In this document: positions 52,452-64,000 of the stretch, one piece after another | Position numbering within the stretch: the stretch's first letter is position 1 | Layout of the letters: every line of letters starts with the position of its first letter | Source of the DNA: an uncultured Chloroflexia bacterium | Lineage (GTDB): Bacteria; Chloroflexota; Dehalococcoidia; UBA2979 | Direction: 5' to 3' | Assembly (NCBI GenBank): GCA_963728205.1 | Contig: CAVSIV010000001.1 | Span: forward strand, 1,184,001-1,248,000 | DNA length: 64,000 bases | Position numbers and translations under genes: made by a program | The notes under the pieces: generated by a model | Databases searched by the model: none | The model's input: only the letters and a program-made list of their open reading frames with translations | Told to the model about the DNA's origin: nothing

Positions 52452-53129
52452 ATGAAGGTGCCCACCAAAGGACGGGCGTTGCTGAGCAGCGTGGTCGTCG
52501 TGCTGGCTGTGGCCACGGGGTGCTCGGCCGAGCCTGGAGTTTCCGATGACTACCAACGCCTCGAGCAGCAATATTTCGAAGCGCAGGAGGAGGTCGCAGG
52601 GCTCGAGCAGGCGCTCGCCGCTTCGGCGGGCGTCGAGTTCACCGCCCTGCCCAAGAACGTCGTCAAGGTCTACGGCGAGTACGCAGGATGTCTACCGAGG
52701 GTGCATGGGGAGGAGTCCCCAGACGGGATCAAGGTCTACAGCGGCGGGTTCTCGTGCCCGGGTGTGAGGTACTCGGATCCACGCCTCAACGGTGATGTGG
52801 AGTTGACGCTGATCGGGGCGCGCTATGTCGACTACCTGCCGAACTCGAACATCCCCGAGACCGCGCGCTTCGAGTTCACCGCCGTGCTGACCACCAATGA
52901 CGGTGAGCGGTGGAGTGGCGATGGATTCGGTGTCGACCTGTACGACGGCGAAGGAAAGATCCACACCGTGTACTACAACGAGCTCGCGGGCAAGGGCAAG
53001 TATGACGGGTTGGTCTATCGCGAGTGGGCGATGCAGCAGCCCAGGGTGTACGACGGCACCGCGACAACGCTCTACGACGGGTATTTCGCCTCGGGGTGGA
53101 TCGAGCAGATCCCGTCGACAGGTTCCTGA
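52452..53129 (+). CDS. lipoprotein, hypothetical
   Basis: Lipobox VATGC followed by a short coiled coil; lower GC. Confidence 0.65.
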   Translation: MKVPTKGRALLSSVVVVLAVATGCSAEPGVSDDYQRLEQQYFEAQEEVAGLEQALAASAGVEFTALPKNVVKVYGEYAGCLPRVHGEESPDGIKVYSGGFSCPGVRYSDPRLNGDVELTLIGARYVDYLPNSNIPETARFEFTAVLTTNDGERWSGDGFGVDLYDGEGKIHTVYYNELAGKGKYDGLVYREWAMQQPRVYDGTATTLYDGYFASGWIEQIPSTGS

Positions 53130-53239
53130 CCCCAGATCCGGGTGGCGCGTGGATAGCAGGGCCGGTGATGTCACCGTCGGCGACCCCGGGGCAAGGTCCG
53201 GTTCGGAGTGCGGGCTGCCGGTGGAGGTGGGGTCTGGTG

Positions 53240-53431
53240 GTGGTCGCGCTTCCCACCCCTGAGGATCTGGCCGAGATCCTGGCCTGTTCCCCGCAGGTGG
53301 TGGACACGGCCGCGGGGCCGATGGAGTATGCCGAGGCAGGGGAGGGCTCACCGTTGCTGTTCACCCACGGCGACATGAGCGCGCACATCGATTTGGCTTC
53401 GGCCTGCGGTCTGGGTGCAGCAAAGGCCTGA
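53240..53431 (+). pseudogene. alpha/beta hydrolase N-terminal fragment
   Basis: VDTAAGPMEYAEAGEGSPLLFTHG, then an early stop. Confidence 0.45.
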
Positions 53432-53715
53432 GCGTGGTCGATGTGAGGACAGTGCAGCCGCGGCATCCGTGGGAGCTCGCCTTACCCTCGTATCGACTCA
53501 TCTCCGGAGCGCTGGCGCTTGGAAGGCCTCTGGGTGTGCGGTCTGTTCTCGAACGTCGAGGTGGTGACGACGAGGAGACTGTCGTGGCTCGCTACAACGA
53601 TCTGATGGCGGTCATTCAGGGAGTCCTCCTGGGTCACGGACGATGTCCTAGCCCGCCTGCGCACGCTGGAAGCCGAAGATCCAGCGGCGGGCCGCCGCTG
53701 TGGGAGTCGGTGGTG

Positions 53716-54056
53716 ATGAGTAGCGGGGCCGCTGACGATGAACGGGTGATCGAGGCCTCACGCCGAGTTTGGGAAACCCTCGGACCGAACGCCTACGCAG
53801 TGCAGTTCAAGGCTCGCCCGCAGACCTGGCGAGGGTTTGTCGAGGGCCGCGGTTGGCTGGTGCTTGGCATGGCTGGCCTCGTGGTGATCGCGATCTTGGC
53901 GGATGAGGTCAACCAGCGATGGGGCTGGTACTGGCTCTTGGTGTTCCCTTGTTCATCGCGTGGCCGGCGCTGCTCTACATCGCCTTCAGGCGCAGGTATC
54001 GCGATCTTGAAGCGCGGGGTGGCAAGGAGCTTCCGCACCTGAACCCCCTGACTCAT
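53716..54056 (+). CDS. small membrane protein (frameshifted), hypothetical
   Basis: Two hydrophobic helices split across frames near 53945. Confidence 0.35.
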
Positions 54057-54072
54057 CGCGGCATGGTCGGAC

Positions 54073-54168
54073 GAGGCGCACCGCCTGTCGGTGCTTGTGG
54101 CGGCCGCTGACCGCGCGAGTGACGACATGGAGTTCGTCGAGGCCGTCTCCGACGACTGGCCCGAATGA
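54073..54168 (+). pseudogene. C-terminal remnant of a DUF3018/MazE-like antitoxin
   Basis: EAHRLSVLVAAADRASDDMEFVEAVSDDWPE*, ATGA-coupled to the toxin, with no N-terminus. Confidence 0.55.
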
Positions 54169-54491
54169 GACGCGGCGACATCATCACCGTGGCCGATGGC
54201 GTCTATGCGAACAAGCCTCGGCCGGCGTTGATCGTCCAGGACGACCGGTTCGACGCGAGCGCGTCGCTGACCGTGTGCCCCTTCACGAGCACGGAGACCG
54301 ACGCGCCGCTGCTGCGGGTGCCGGTCACCGCTGACGAAGGGAACGGCTTGGACCAGGACGGCTTCTTGATGGTCGACAAGATCACCACGGTGCGCAGGGG
54401 CAATGCCCACGCAGTGATCGGGAGGCTGGAGGCCGCGACGTTGGTCGAGTTCGAGAGGCGCCTCCTCGTCTTCCTCGGCTTCGGCGACTGA
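54165..54491 (+). CDS. PemK/MazF family toxin
   Basis: MRRGDI...KPRPALIVQ...VCPFTS...LMVDKITTV. Confidence 0.9.
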   Translation: MRRGDIITVADGVYANKPRPALIVQDDRFDASASLTVCPFTSTETDAPLLRVPVTADEGNGLDQDGFLMVDKITTVRRGNAHAVIGRLEAATLVEFERRLLVFLGFGD

Positions 54492-54550
54492 ACGCACCGC
54501 TCCGCGGCATGGTCGGACGCTAGCGCCGACAGCGGCAAATCAGGAGCGAG

Positions 54551-54800
54551 TCAGGCGCTGGCTTCCCCATCCGTCGTAGTCGCGGCCTGGCCACTGCTGG
54601 GCGACGCCTTCGACGAACACCCGAGCATCGCGTACCGCTTCTGGGCTCGTAACCGCGCCGTGCCGCTCAGCGACGACGACCCACTCGGGTCCACCTGTCG
54701 CAAGAACTCTGCAACGTCCTGCAGGTCCCACCCCGCAGCCTCCACGACCTCAGCTGCTCCGCGCGCGCCCGCCTCGTCGGCGAAGGACAGGTAGTGCGCG
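54551..54800 (-). pseudogene. RraB-like domain fragment
   Basis: HYLSFADEAGA...WVVVA...DYDGWG, split across frames. Confidence 0.45.
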
Positions 54801-55007
54801 CGGCGCGGATCGACCGGCACGCCACCGATGATCGGTCCCGGGTCCTCGCCGACCGCCTCGACGCCCTCGTCCGCGAGCTGAGCCGAGGCATGGAGCAGCG
54901 GCTGGCACCGAACCCCTATCGCTGACAGATCGCACGCGACGGGCTCAGGCGGTGGGTGGCGGAGAGGCATCAGGGGTCCGGCAGGCCTCTGACCTGCGGT
55001 GCTGCGA

Positions 55008-55081
55008 TGGAGCGGGTGACGGGAATCGAACCCGCATGGCCAGCTTGGAAGGCTGGGGCTCTGCCATTGAGCTACACCCGC
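55008..55081 (-). tRNA. tRNA-Gly(TCC)
   Basis: GCGGGTGTAGCTCAATGG...CCAGC-CTTCCAA-GCTGG...GGTTCGATTCCCGTCACCCGCTCCA cloverleaf. Confidence 0.97.
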
Positions 55082-55201
55082 GTGCTCCCCTCCACCGGCG
55101 ACCGTCGTCGGCGGGCCGAGAGCAGGCGCTAGCCTAGTGGCCGCTGTCGCGGGACCCGAAATCCTCCCCGCACCGGGCGTATGCCGGGTGTCCGGGCGCC
55201 G

Positions 55202-55278
55202 CGGGGTATGGCGCAGTTTGGTAGCGCGTCCGCTTTGGGAGCGGAAGGCCGCCGGTTCAAATCCGGCTACCCCGACCA
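55202..55278 (+). tRNA. tRNA-Pro(TGG)
   Basis: CGGGGTATGGCGCAGTTTGG...TCCGC-TTTGGGA-GCGGA...GGTTCAAATCC...CCCCGACCA. Confidence 0.97.
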
Positions 55279-55320
55279 TCCCTGCCCACCCGCGCCCGCG
55301 CCCTCCGCGCGGAGGAACGC

Positions 55321-55985
55321 TTACGGACGCAGGACGGCCCGCAGATCGGTGATCGCCCGCCCGGCCGCGATGCCCTTGGCCTCGAAGCCGTCGACCGGCC
55401 GCCAGCCGGGACGCTCCCCTCGTGGACCTCCCACCGCTGGTGCGCAGCCAGCGCGTGCCGGACGTGCGCGGCATACGGCGCATGGTCGGTGGCGACGAGC
55501 AGCCGGCCGCCCGGTTCGAGACGGGAGGCGAGCAGGTCGAGGGTGTGCTGCTGGATGAAGCGTCGCTTGGCGTGCCGCTTCTTCGGCCACGGGTCGGGGA
55601 AGAACAGGTGGACGGCCGCCAGGGACGCCGCCGGCAGCCGCTCCCGGAGCAGCGGCAGCGCGTCGTCGGGCTCCACCCACAGGTTCGCCACGCGGGCGGC
55701 CTCGGCGGCCGCGAGCATCCGGGCCACCCCGGGGACGTGGACCTCGACGGCGAGCAGATCGACGTGAGGGTGGGCGGCGGCATACGCGATGGCGGCCGCC
55801 CCATGCCCGGACCCGATCTCGAGGACGACGGGGGCCACCCGGCCGAACGCCTGTTCTGGGTGCAGCACCCCGGCCGGGATCCGGCGAGCGGGCAACAGGG
55901 TCGCGATCCGCTCCTCGGTCAGCGCAGAGGTGCGCCAGCGCGGGGTGAAGGTGCGCACGCCGGCGTGGGTGGCGAGGTCGGACAT
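55321..55985 (-). CDS. trmB: tRNA (guanine-N7)-methyltransferase (frameshift near the 3' end)
   Basis: LEIGSGHG, AVEVH, FFPDPWPKKRH.KRR and ATD. Confidence 0.9.
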
Positions 55986-56198
55986 GACCGACCAGGGTAC
56001 GCAGCGTTCTGCCCCGCCCCAAGCCCACGTTCGTCCACCGGCGCCGTCGACGCCCTGAGCCCCGGGTCCGTCCCCAGCCGGGGCCGGGGAGATCGCTCGT
56101 CAGCCCGGACCATGTCCCTGGCGAGGACGAAGGGTCCCTGATCCGGCGGGACAGGGGTGCTGGCCGCAGGCTGGTGGGTGACCGGGCGAGGCGAGGGG

Positions 56199-57304
56199 TC
56201 AGAGCCGCTGGATGGTGAAGGCCGCGCGGTCGTCCATCCGACCCGAGCGGGCCGAACGGCACACGGCCTCGGCCATCCCCGCCCCACCGCTCACCATGAC
56301 CTGGCTCGCCACGCCGAGCATCCGGTCGATGCCGATGTCGAGGTCGTACTCCCGCGACTCGACGACCCCGTCGGTGTAGAAGAGCAGCGCGTCGCCCGGC
56401 TGGAGCCGTCCGGACGCCCGAGGGAAGAACACCCGGTCCATCACCCCGAGCAGCGGCCCTTGGGTGCCGACCATCTCCCACGTCGCCGTGCCGGCGTGGT
56501 AGTGCCCCGGCGCCGGGTGTCCGGCGAGCCCGATGCTGTAGGACCCGGTGTCGAGGTCGATGTCGAGGTGGGCAGCCGTGGCGAAACCCTCACCCCATCG
56601 CTGACGGATGAGGAACGAGTTCGCGGCGCTGAGGAACGAGAAGGCCCCGACCGAGCCGAGGATGCCGCTCAGGGCCCCGGAGAGGAGCAACGAGCGAGCA
56701 CCGGCCCCCCGGCCCTTGCCGCTGACGTCGACGACCGCGACCTCGAGCCGCTTCTTGTCCGGGCTGAGCGAGGTGACCATGAAGTCGCCCGAGAAGGCAT
56801 CCCCGTTGGCCGACTGCAGCGCGGCCTCCGCCAGCCAGCCCTCCGGCAGCTCGGGCAGCGTGCCGTTGCGCTGGATCCGGTCCCGCAGGTCCACGAGCAG
56901 GTTGTCCCCGGTGAACCCCTGGGTGCCGAGCCTCGCGCGTGACCGGCCGATGAGATACATGAAGACCATCACCGTGCCGAGGGCGAGCGGCGAGAGGAAG
57001 AAGGGGTCGCTCGTGGACGGGAACAGCAGGGACCTGACGACGACGACTCCGGCGATCGGGGTGCAGAGGACGAGCAGCCGAGGCACGGTGAGGACAACCC
57101 GGCGAGGACGATGATCGGCGCGAAGGCGGCCACCGGGATCTGCGCGGGGAAGGCGAGGACGAAGAGCGAGACGAACGCCGTCGCTGCCAGCAGGAGGATG
57201 AACTGGACGAGGTCGGACTCGCGCAGCATCGAGTTCGTGCCCAGCCACCGGCGCACTTGAGTGCGCCGACGCCGGCGCACCACGACGCTGACGTTGGTCT
57301 CCAC
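56199..57304 (-). CDS. membrane-anchored PP2C/SpoIIE phosphatase (frameshift near 57095)
   Basis: SGDF, VDVSGKG, AGHP, YTDGVVE and DDRA. Confidence 0.85.
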
Positions 57305-57463
57305 TGCCCCACCCTTGACAGTCCGGTTGTTCCTGCCCAGCGTAGGGCCTGACCCGAGGGGCCGATGCCGAGACGGGGAAACCGGCAGGGCCCGGCCACT
57401 CACCAGCACAAACGCCTGTCGCGACCGTTCGGTTCCGCCCGGCATGGGGGCCGGACCGGTGCG

Positions 57464-57931
57464 CTACGGCACCTCCGGGGCGACCCCCTCGGCCTCGTAG
57501 CGGCTGACCATGTCGATCCTCCGTTGGTGTCGACCGTCCCCGCTGAAGGGGGTCGAGAGGAAGACCGAGGCGATCGAGCGCCCCTCCTCGAGGGTGTTCA
57601 TCCGGCCCCCGATCGAGAGGACCTGGGCATCGTTGTGCTCACGGGCCAGCCGGGCCAACTCGTCGTTGTAGCACAGGGCCGCCCGGATCCCCCTGACCTT
57701 GTTGGCGGCCATCTGCTCACCGTTACCCGAGCCACCGAGGACAATGCCGAACGAGCCCGGGTCCGCGGCGACCGCTCGGGCTGCGGCGAGGACGAAAACC
57801 GGGTAGTCGTCCTGCGGGTCCAGCTCGTGCGGTCCGTGGTTGACGACCTCGTGCCCCTGCTCCTCCAGGTAGCCGACGAGGTCGACGAGCATCTCGTATG
57901 CCGCATGGTCGCCGCCGATGTGTACGCGCAC
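57464..57931 (-). CDS. rpiB: ribose-5-phosphate isomerase B
   Basis: GGDHAA, GGSGNGEQ.AANKV.GIR and AREHNDA. Confidence 0.95.
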   Translation of the reverse strand: MRVHIGGDHAAYEMLVDLVGYLEEQGHEVVNHGPHELDPQDDYPVFVLAAARAVAADPGSFGIVLGGSGNGEQMAANKVRGIRAALCYNDELARLAREHNDAQVLSIGGRMNTLEEGRSIASVFLSTPFSGDGRHQRRIDMVSRYEAEGVAPEVP

Positions 57932-57946
57932 GGGTGCGTCCTTCCG

Positions 57947-58567
57947 TCAGTCGAACTGGGGCCCCACGACACGGGACCGCTTGAGCTCGTAGAACCCCTT
58001 GGTTCCGGCGACGAGCACGCACCCGTCCCACAGCCGTCCCGCCGCCTCACCGCGTGGGGCGGGCGTGACGACGGGCCCGAAGAACGCCGTCCCGTCCACG
58101 GCGATCGTCGGCGTTCCGACGTCGTCGCCCACGAGGTCGATCGCTCGCTGATGGCTGGCGCGCAGGGCCGCATCGTGGGCGTCGGTCGTCGCGGCCGCCG
58201 CCAACTCGGCCGGCAGTGCGACCTCGGCGAGTGACTCGGCGATGACCGCGTCGAGGTCCGTGCGCCCGTCGGGATGGATCCGGGTGCCGAGCGCGTCGTA
58301 GAGCGGCTTGGCCACCTCCGGTCCGTGCGCCTCGATCGCCGCGATGACGACGCGGACCGGCCCCCAGGCCCGGTCGAGGAAGGCACGGTAGTCCGGGTTC
58401 AGGTCCCGCCCCTCGTTGAGCACGGCCAGGCTCATGACCGACCACGTGACGTGCACGGGACGGACCTGCTCGACCTCGGTCATCCAGCGCGACGCCATCC
58501 ACGCCCAGGGGCACAGCGGGTCGAACCAGAACTCGGCCTCGTGGACGTCGGCGGAGGTGGACGGCAT
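57947..58567 (-). CDS. DsbA-like mycothiol-dependent reductase (Rv2466c-like)
   Basis: [21 protein letters not shown] and FYELKR. Confidence 0.9.
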   Translation of the reverse strand: MPSTSADVHEAEFWFDPLCPWAWMASRWMTEVEQVRPVHVTWSVMSLAVLNEGRDLNPDYRAFLDRAWGPVRVVIAAIEAHGPEVAKPLYDALGTRIHPDGRTDLDAVIAESLAEVALPAELAAAATTDAHDAALRASHQRAIDLVGDDVGTPTIAVDGTAFFGPVVTPAPRGEAAGRLWDGCVLVAGTKGFYELKRSRVVGPQFD

Positions 58568-58738
58568 ACGGACCATCCTGCCACCGCCTCCCGTGCCCCC
58601 ACGCCGTGGTCCGCCACATGCGAGGATGGGCGGGACCCCGGGTCGGGCCTGCCGCCCGGGTCAGCCCCCTGCCACGAGCGGGACCCGCTGCACGACGGCG
58701 ACCCGCGCCCCAGCCGACCTGCCAGCAAGGAGACCCCC

Positions 58739-61288
<2,550 letters not shown>

Positions 61289-61316
61289 GTAGCCACCGAC
61301 CCGACCCAAGGACGGC

Positions 61317-62255
61317 ATGCGCATCCTCATCGAGACCCTGACCACGACCCCGATGGCCCTGCTCAGCACGACCTCCTGGGCGGCGGTCGGCGACTGGCTG
61401 CTCACCGACGGGCTGCGGATCCTCGCAACCGTCGTCATCGCCTTCATCGTCCGCTGGCTGCTCCACCGGTTCGTCTCCCGGATGGTCACGATGATGACCG
61501 CGAGGTCGGCCCGACGCGACGACGAGCTCAACCGAGCGGGCCGCATGCTCGCCGGGATGTCGGAGACGACCCATGAGCGCTACATCCAACGGATGACGAC
61601 GCTCGGCTCGCTGCTTCGCTCGATCACCACCTTCGTCGTCTTCGGGATCACGGCGCTCACCGTGATGGCCCTCCTCGGCATCCCGCTCGCCCCGCTGCTC
61701 GCCTCGGCCGGGGTCGGCGGGGTGGCCCTCGGCTTCGGGGCGCAGAGCCTCGTCAAGGACTTCCTGTCCGGCATCTTCATGATCATCGAGGACCAGTACG
61801 GCGTCGGCGATGTCATCGACACCGGCCAGGCGAGCGGCGTCGTCCAAGAGGTCTCGCTGCGTATCACCCGGCTCCGCGACATCAACGGCGTGACGTGGTA
61901 CATCCGCAACGGCGAGATCGCCCGGATCGGCAACATGACCAAGGGCAGCTCCAACGCCGTCGTCGACATCCCCGTCGCCTACAACGAGGACCTCGACAAG
62001 GTCCTGGGGGTCATCACCCAGGTGACGGTCGACTTCGCCAAGGACCCCGACTGGGCCGACAAGCTCATCGAGGCACCCAGCGTCCTCGGGGTCGAGAAGA
62101 TGGTCGGCGCGATGATGACGATCCGGGTGCTCGCCCCGTGTGCCCCGGGGCAGAACTGGGCGATCCAGCGAGAGCTGCGCCAGCGGGCGAAGATCGCCCT
62201 CGATGCGGCCGGGGTGAAGGCCCCGCCCGTCTTCCCCGGGAGCGGTCAGCCGTGA
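61317..62255 (+). CDS. MscS family mechanosensitive channel
   Basis: [23 protein letters not shown] and IRNGEI. Confidence 0.9.
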   Translation: MRILIETLTTTPMALLSTTSWAAVGDWLLTDGLRILATVVIAFIVRWLLHRFVSRMVTMMTARSARRDDELNRAGRMLAGMSETTHERYIQRMTTLGSLLRSITTFVVFGITALTVMALLGIPLAPLLASAGVGGVALGFGAQSLVKDFLSGIFMIIEDQYGVGDVIDTGQASGVVQEVSLRITRLRDINGVTWYIRNGEIARIGNMTKGSSNAVVDIPVAYNEDLDKVLGVITQVTVDFAKDPDWADKLIEAPSVLGVEKMVGAMMTIRVLAPCAPGQNWAIQRELRQRAKIALDAAGVKAPPVFPGSGQP

Positions 62256-62656
62256 GCCTCTACGACGCAGTGGGTGGGGCGCCGACCTTCGCCGCCCTCG
62301 TCCGCGGGTTCTACGCCGGCGTTCGCGCCGACCCCGAGCTGCGCGCGCTCTATCCCGAGGAGGACCTCGGCCCGGCGGAGCGCCGGCTGCGGATGTTCCT
62401 CGAGCAGTACTTCGGTGGGCCTGCGGCATACTCCGCCGAGCGCGGCCACCCCCGGCTGCGGATGCGCCATGCTCCCTTCCCCGTCTCCGAGGACATGCGG
62501 GACCGGTGGCTGCGCCACATGCTCGGCTCGCTCGACGCGCTCGGCCTCCCGGCGGAGCAGGACCACGCGATGCGCGACTACTTCGAGCGCGCCGCGCACA
62601 TGATGGTCAACACGTGGACCTCCCCGCCGGGGGGTTTGGCCGCGCCCCAGCCATAG
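62252..62656 (+). CDS. glbO: group II truncated hemoglobin
   Basis: [28 protein letters not shown]. Confidence 0.9.
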   Translation: MSLYDAVGGAPTFAALVRGFYAGVRADPELRALYPEEDLGPAERRLRMFLEQYFGGPAAYSAERGHPRLRMRHAPFPVSEDMRDRWLRHMLGSLDALGLPAEQDHAMRDYFERAAHMMVNTWTSPPGGLAAPQP

Positions 62657-62670
62657 GGAAGGCTGTTCCG

Positions 62671-64000
62671 GTGACTCTCAGCACCCCGGACACGCCTCCA
62701 GCCCCGGTCGACGAGCCGATCCACCGGGCCGAGCCCGACGACGCACCCTGGTGGCGGCATGCCGTCATCTACCAGGTCTACCCGCGCAGCTGGGCCGACA
62801 GCGACGGCGACGGGGTGGGCGACCTGCCGGGGATCACCGCCCGACTGCCCTACCTCCGCGATCTCGGCGTCGACGCGATCTGGCTCAGCCCCTTCTACGT
62901 CTCACCGATGAACGACGCCGGCTACGACGTCGCCGACTACCGGGCTGTCGACCCGCTCTTCGGTCGGCTCGCCGACGCCGACACCCTCGTCGCCACGGCG
63001 CACGACCTCGGCCTGCGGGTTCTCGTCGACCTCGTGCCGAACCACTCGAGCAGCGAGCATCCGTGGTTCCGGGCCGCGCTCGCCGCCGCACCGGGCAGTC
63101 CGGAGCGGGCCCGCTACATCTTCCGCGACGGGCGCGGCGAGCACGGCGAGCTCCCGCCGAACAACTGGCCGTCGGTCTTCGGCGGGCGGGGCTGGAGCCG
63201 GGTCACCGAGGCCGACGGCTCCCCCGGCCAGTGGTACCTGCACATCTTCGACACGACCCAGCCGGACTACGACTGGACCAACCCCGAGGTCCGTGCGGAG
63301 TTCCTCTCGATCATCGGGTTCTGGGTCGAGCGGGGTGTCGACGGCTTCCGGGTCGACGTCGCCCACGGCCTGGTCAAGGAGGACGGGCTGCCGGACTGGG
63401 TCGGTGGTCCGATCGGCCAGGGCGCGATCCATGCCGACGAGGGTGAGGAGGGCGAGGAGCCCGCGCGGCTGCACGACGCGGACCCGGCCACCCATCCGCC
63501 GATGTGGAACCAGCCCGGCGTCCATGAGATCTACCGGGCCTGGCGCGAGCTGCTCGACTCCTTCGGCGAGCCCGAGCGGATCCTGTGCGCCGAGGCGTGG
63601 GTGCGGCCCGCGGCCCGGCTCGCCGAGTACGTCCGACCCGACGAGATGCACCAGGCGTTCAACTTCCCGTTCCTCGACACCCACTGGTACGCCGACCGCC
63701 TCCACCGGGTCATCGAGGAGTCGTATGCCGCGACCGACGCTGTGGGTGCTCCGACGACCTGGGTGCTGTCCAACCACGACGTCGTCCGGCACGTCTCCCG
63801 GCTCGGCCTCGACCAGGCGCTGCCGCGCCCCAACGGCATCCGGGCGGACGACCCGCAGCCCGACCTCGAGCTCGGGCTGCGCCGTGCCCGCGCCGCGACG
63901 ACCGTCATGCTCGGGCTGCCCGGCGGCGCCTACCTCTACCAGGGAGAGGAGCTCGGGCTGCCCGAAGCGACCGACCTTCCCGACGAGGTCCGTCAGGACC
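62671..64000 (+). CDS. GH13 alpha-glucosidase, 3'-partial
   Basis: WWRHAVIYQVYPRSWAD, DLVPNH, GFRVDVAHG, SNHD and YQGEELG. Confidence 0.92.
   Translation, partial: MTLSTPDTPPAPVDEPIHRAEPDDAPWWRHAVIYQVYPRSWADSDGDGVGDLPGITARLPYLRDLGVDAIWLSPFYVSPMNDAGYDVADYRAVDPLFGRLADADTLVATAHDLGLRVLVDLVPNHSSSEHPWFRAALAAAPGSPERARYIFRDGRGEHGELPPNNWPSVFGGRGWSRVTEADGSPGQWYLHIFDTTQPDYDWTNPEVRAEFLSIIGFWVERGVDGFRVDVAHGLVKEDGLPDWVGGPIGQGAIHADEGEEGEEPARLHDADPATHPPMWNQPGVHEIYRAWRELLDSFGEPERILCAEAWVRPAARLAEYVRPDEMHQAFNFPFLDTHWYADRLHRVIEESYAATDAVGAPTTWVLSNHDVVRHVSRLGLDQALPRPNGIRADDPQPDLELGLRRARAATTVMLGLPGGAYLYQGEELGLPEATDLPDEVRQD

Larger units (their letters stand above)
51112..54537 (+). repeat. dispersed ~35-bp direct repeat, consensus CGCGGCATGGTCGGACGCTAGCGCCGACAGCGGC
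   Basis: Copies at 51112-51146, 51778-51813 and 54503-54537, plus a half copy at 54057-54073. Confidence 0.8.

Noticed and set aside
51112-54537. CRISPR array
   Set aside because: Repeats are hundreds to thousands of bp apart with genes between them, and there are no cas genes.
49200-55007. Prophage/ICE with an attL-attR duplication of the tRNA-Gly 3' end
   Set aside because: No duplicated tRNA 3' segment, integrase or phage genes were seen.

Overview
The window looks like two unrelated high-GC genomes joined at about 22,280 (inference). Left part (1-22.3 kb, CGCG-rich, possibly Chloroflexota-like): (i) a plasmid/ICE leading-region-like gene string (Rad52/Sak-like, ArdC, RadC/JAB, Phd-PIN TA); (ii) a lower-GC insert with a NarL-type regulator, a Tat-exported 18-Cys peptide, a DUF4367-like protein and MauE; (iii) an IS701-like element carrying a DUF6788 passenger gene; (iv) a hypoxia/NO-stress cluster with DosR-like boxes, an apparently catalytically degenerate kinase/receiver pair and a perfect (GCTGCC)22 tract. 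Right part (22.3-64 kb): actinobacterial (Micrococcales/Intrasporangiaceae-like) core chromosome with lpdA, ndk, folC, ileS plus T-box, a B12 riboswitch plus ECF operon, valS, clpX/clpP, tig, a tRNA-Gly-adjacent cassette-like island, tRNA-Gly, tRNA-Pro, trmB, rpiB, pepN, mscS, a truncated globin and a GH13. Many essential genes are frameshifted, consistent with noisy long-read consensus. The strongest novelty candidates are the Tat/MauE disulfide-rich peptide module, a strand-unbiased 8-mer (CGGCATAC, 30 hand-counted copies in the right 41.7 kb versus 1 in the left 22.3 kb), and a hairpin repeat that punctuates the tRNA-Gly island. All family assignments come from motif recognition by eye, not from database searches.
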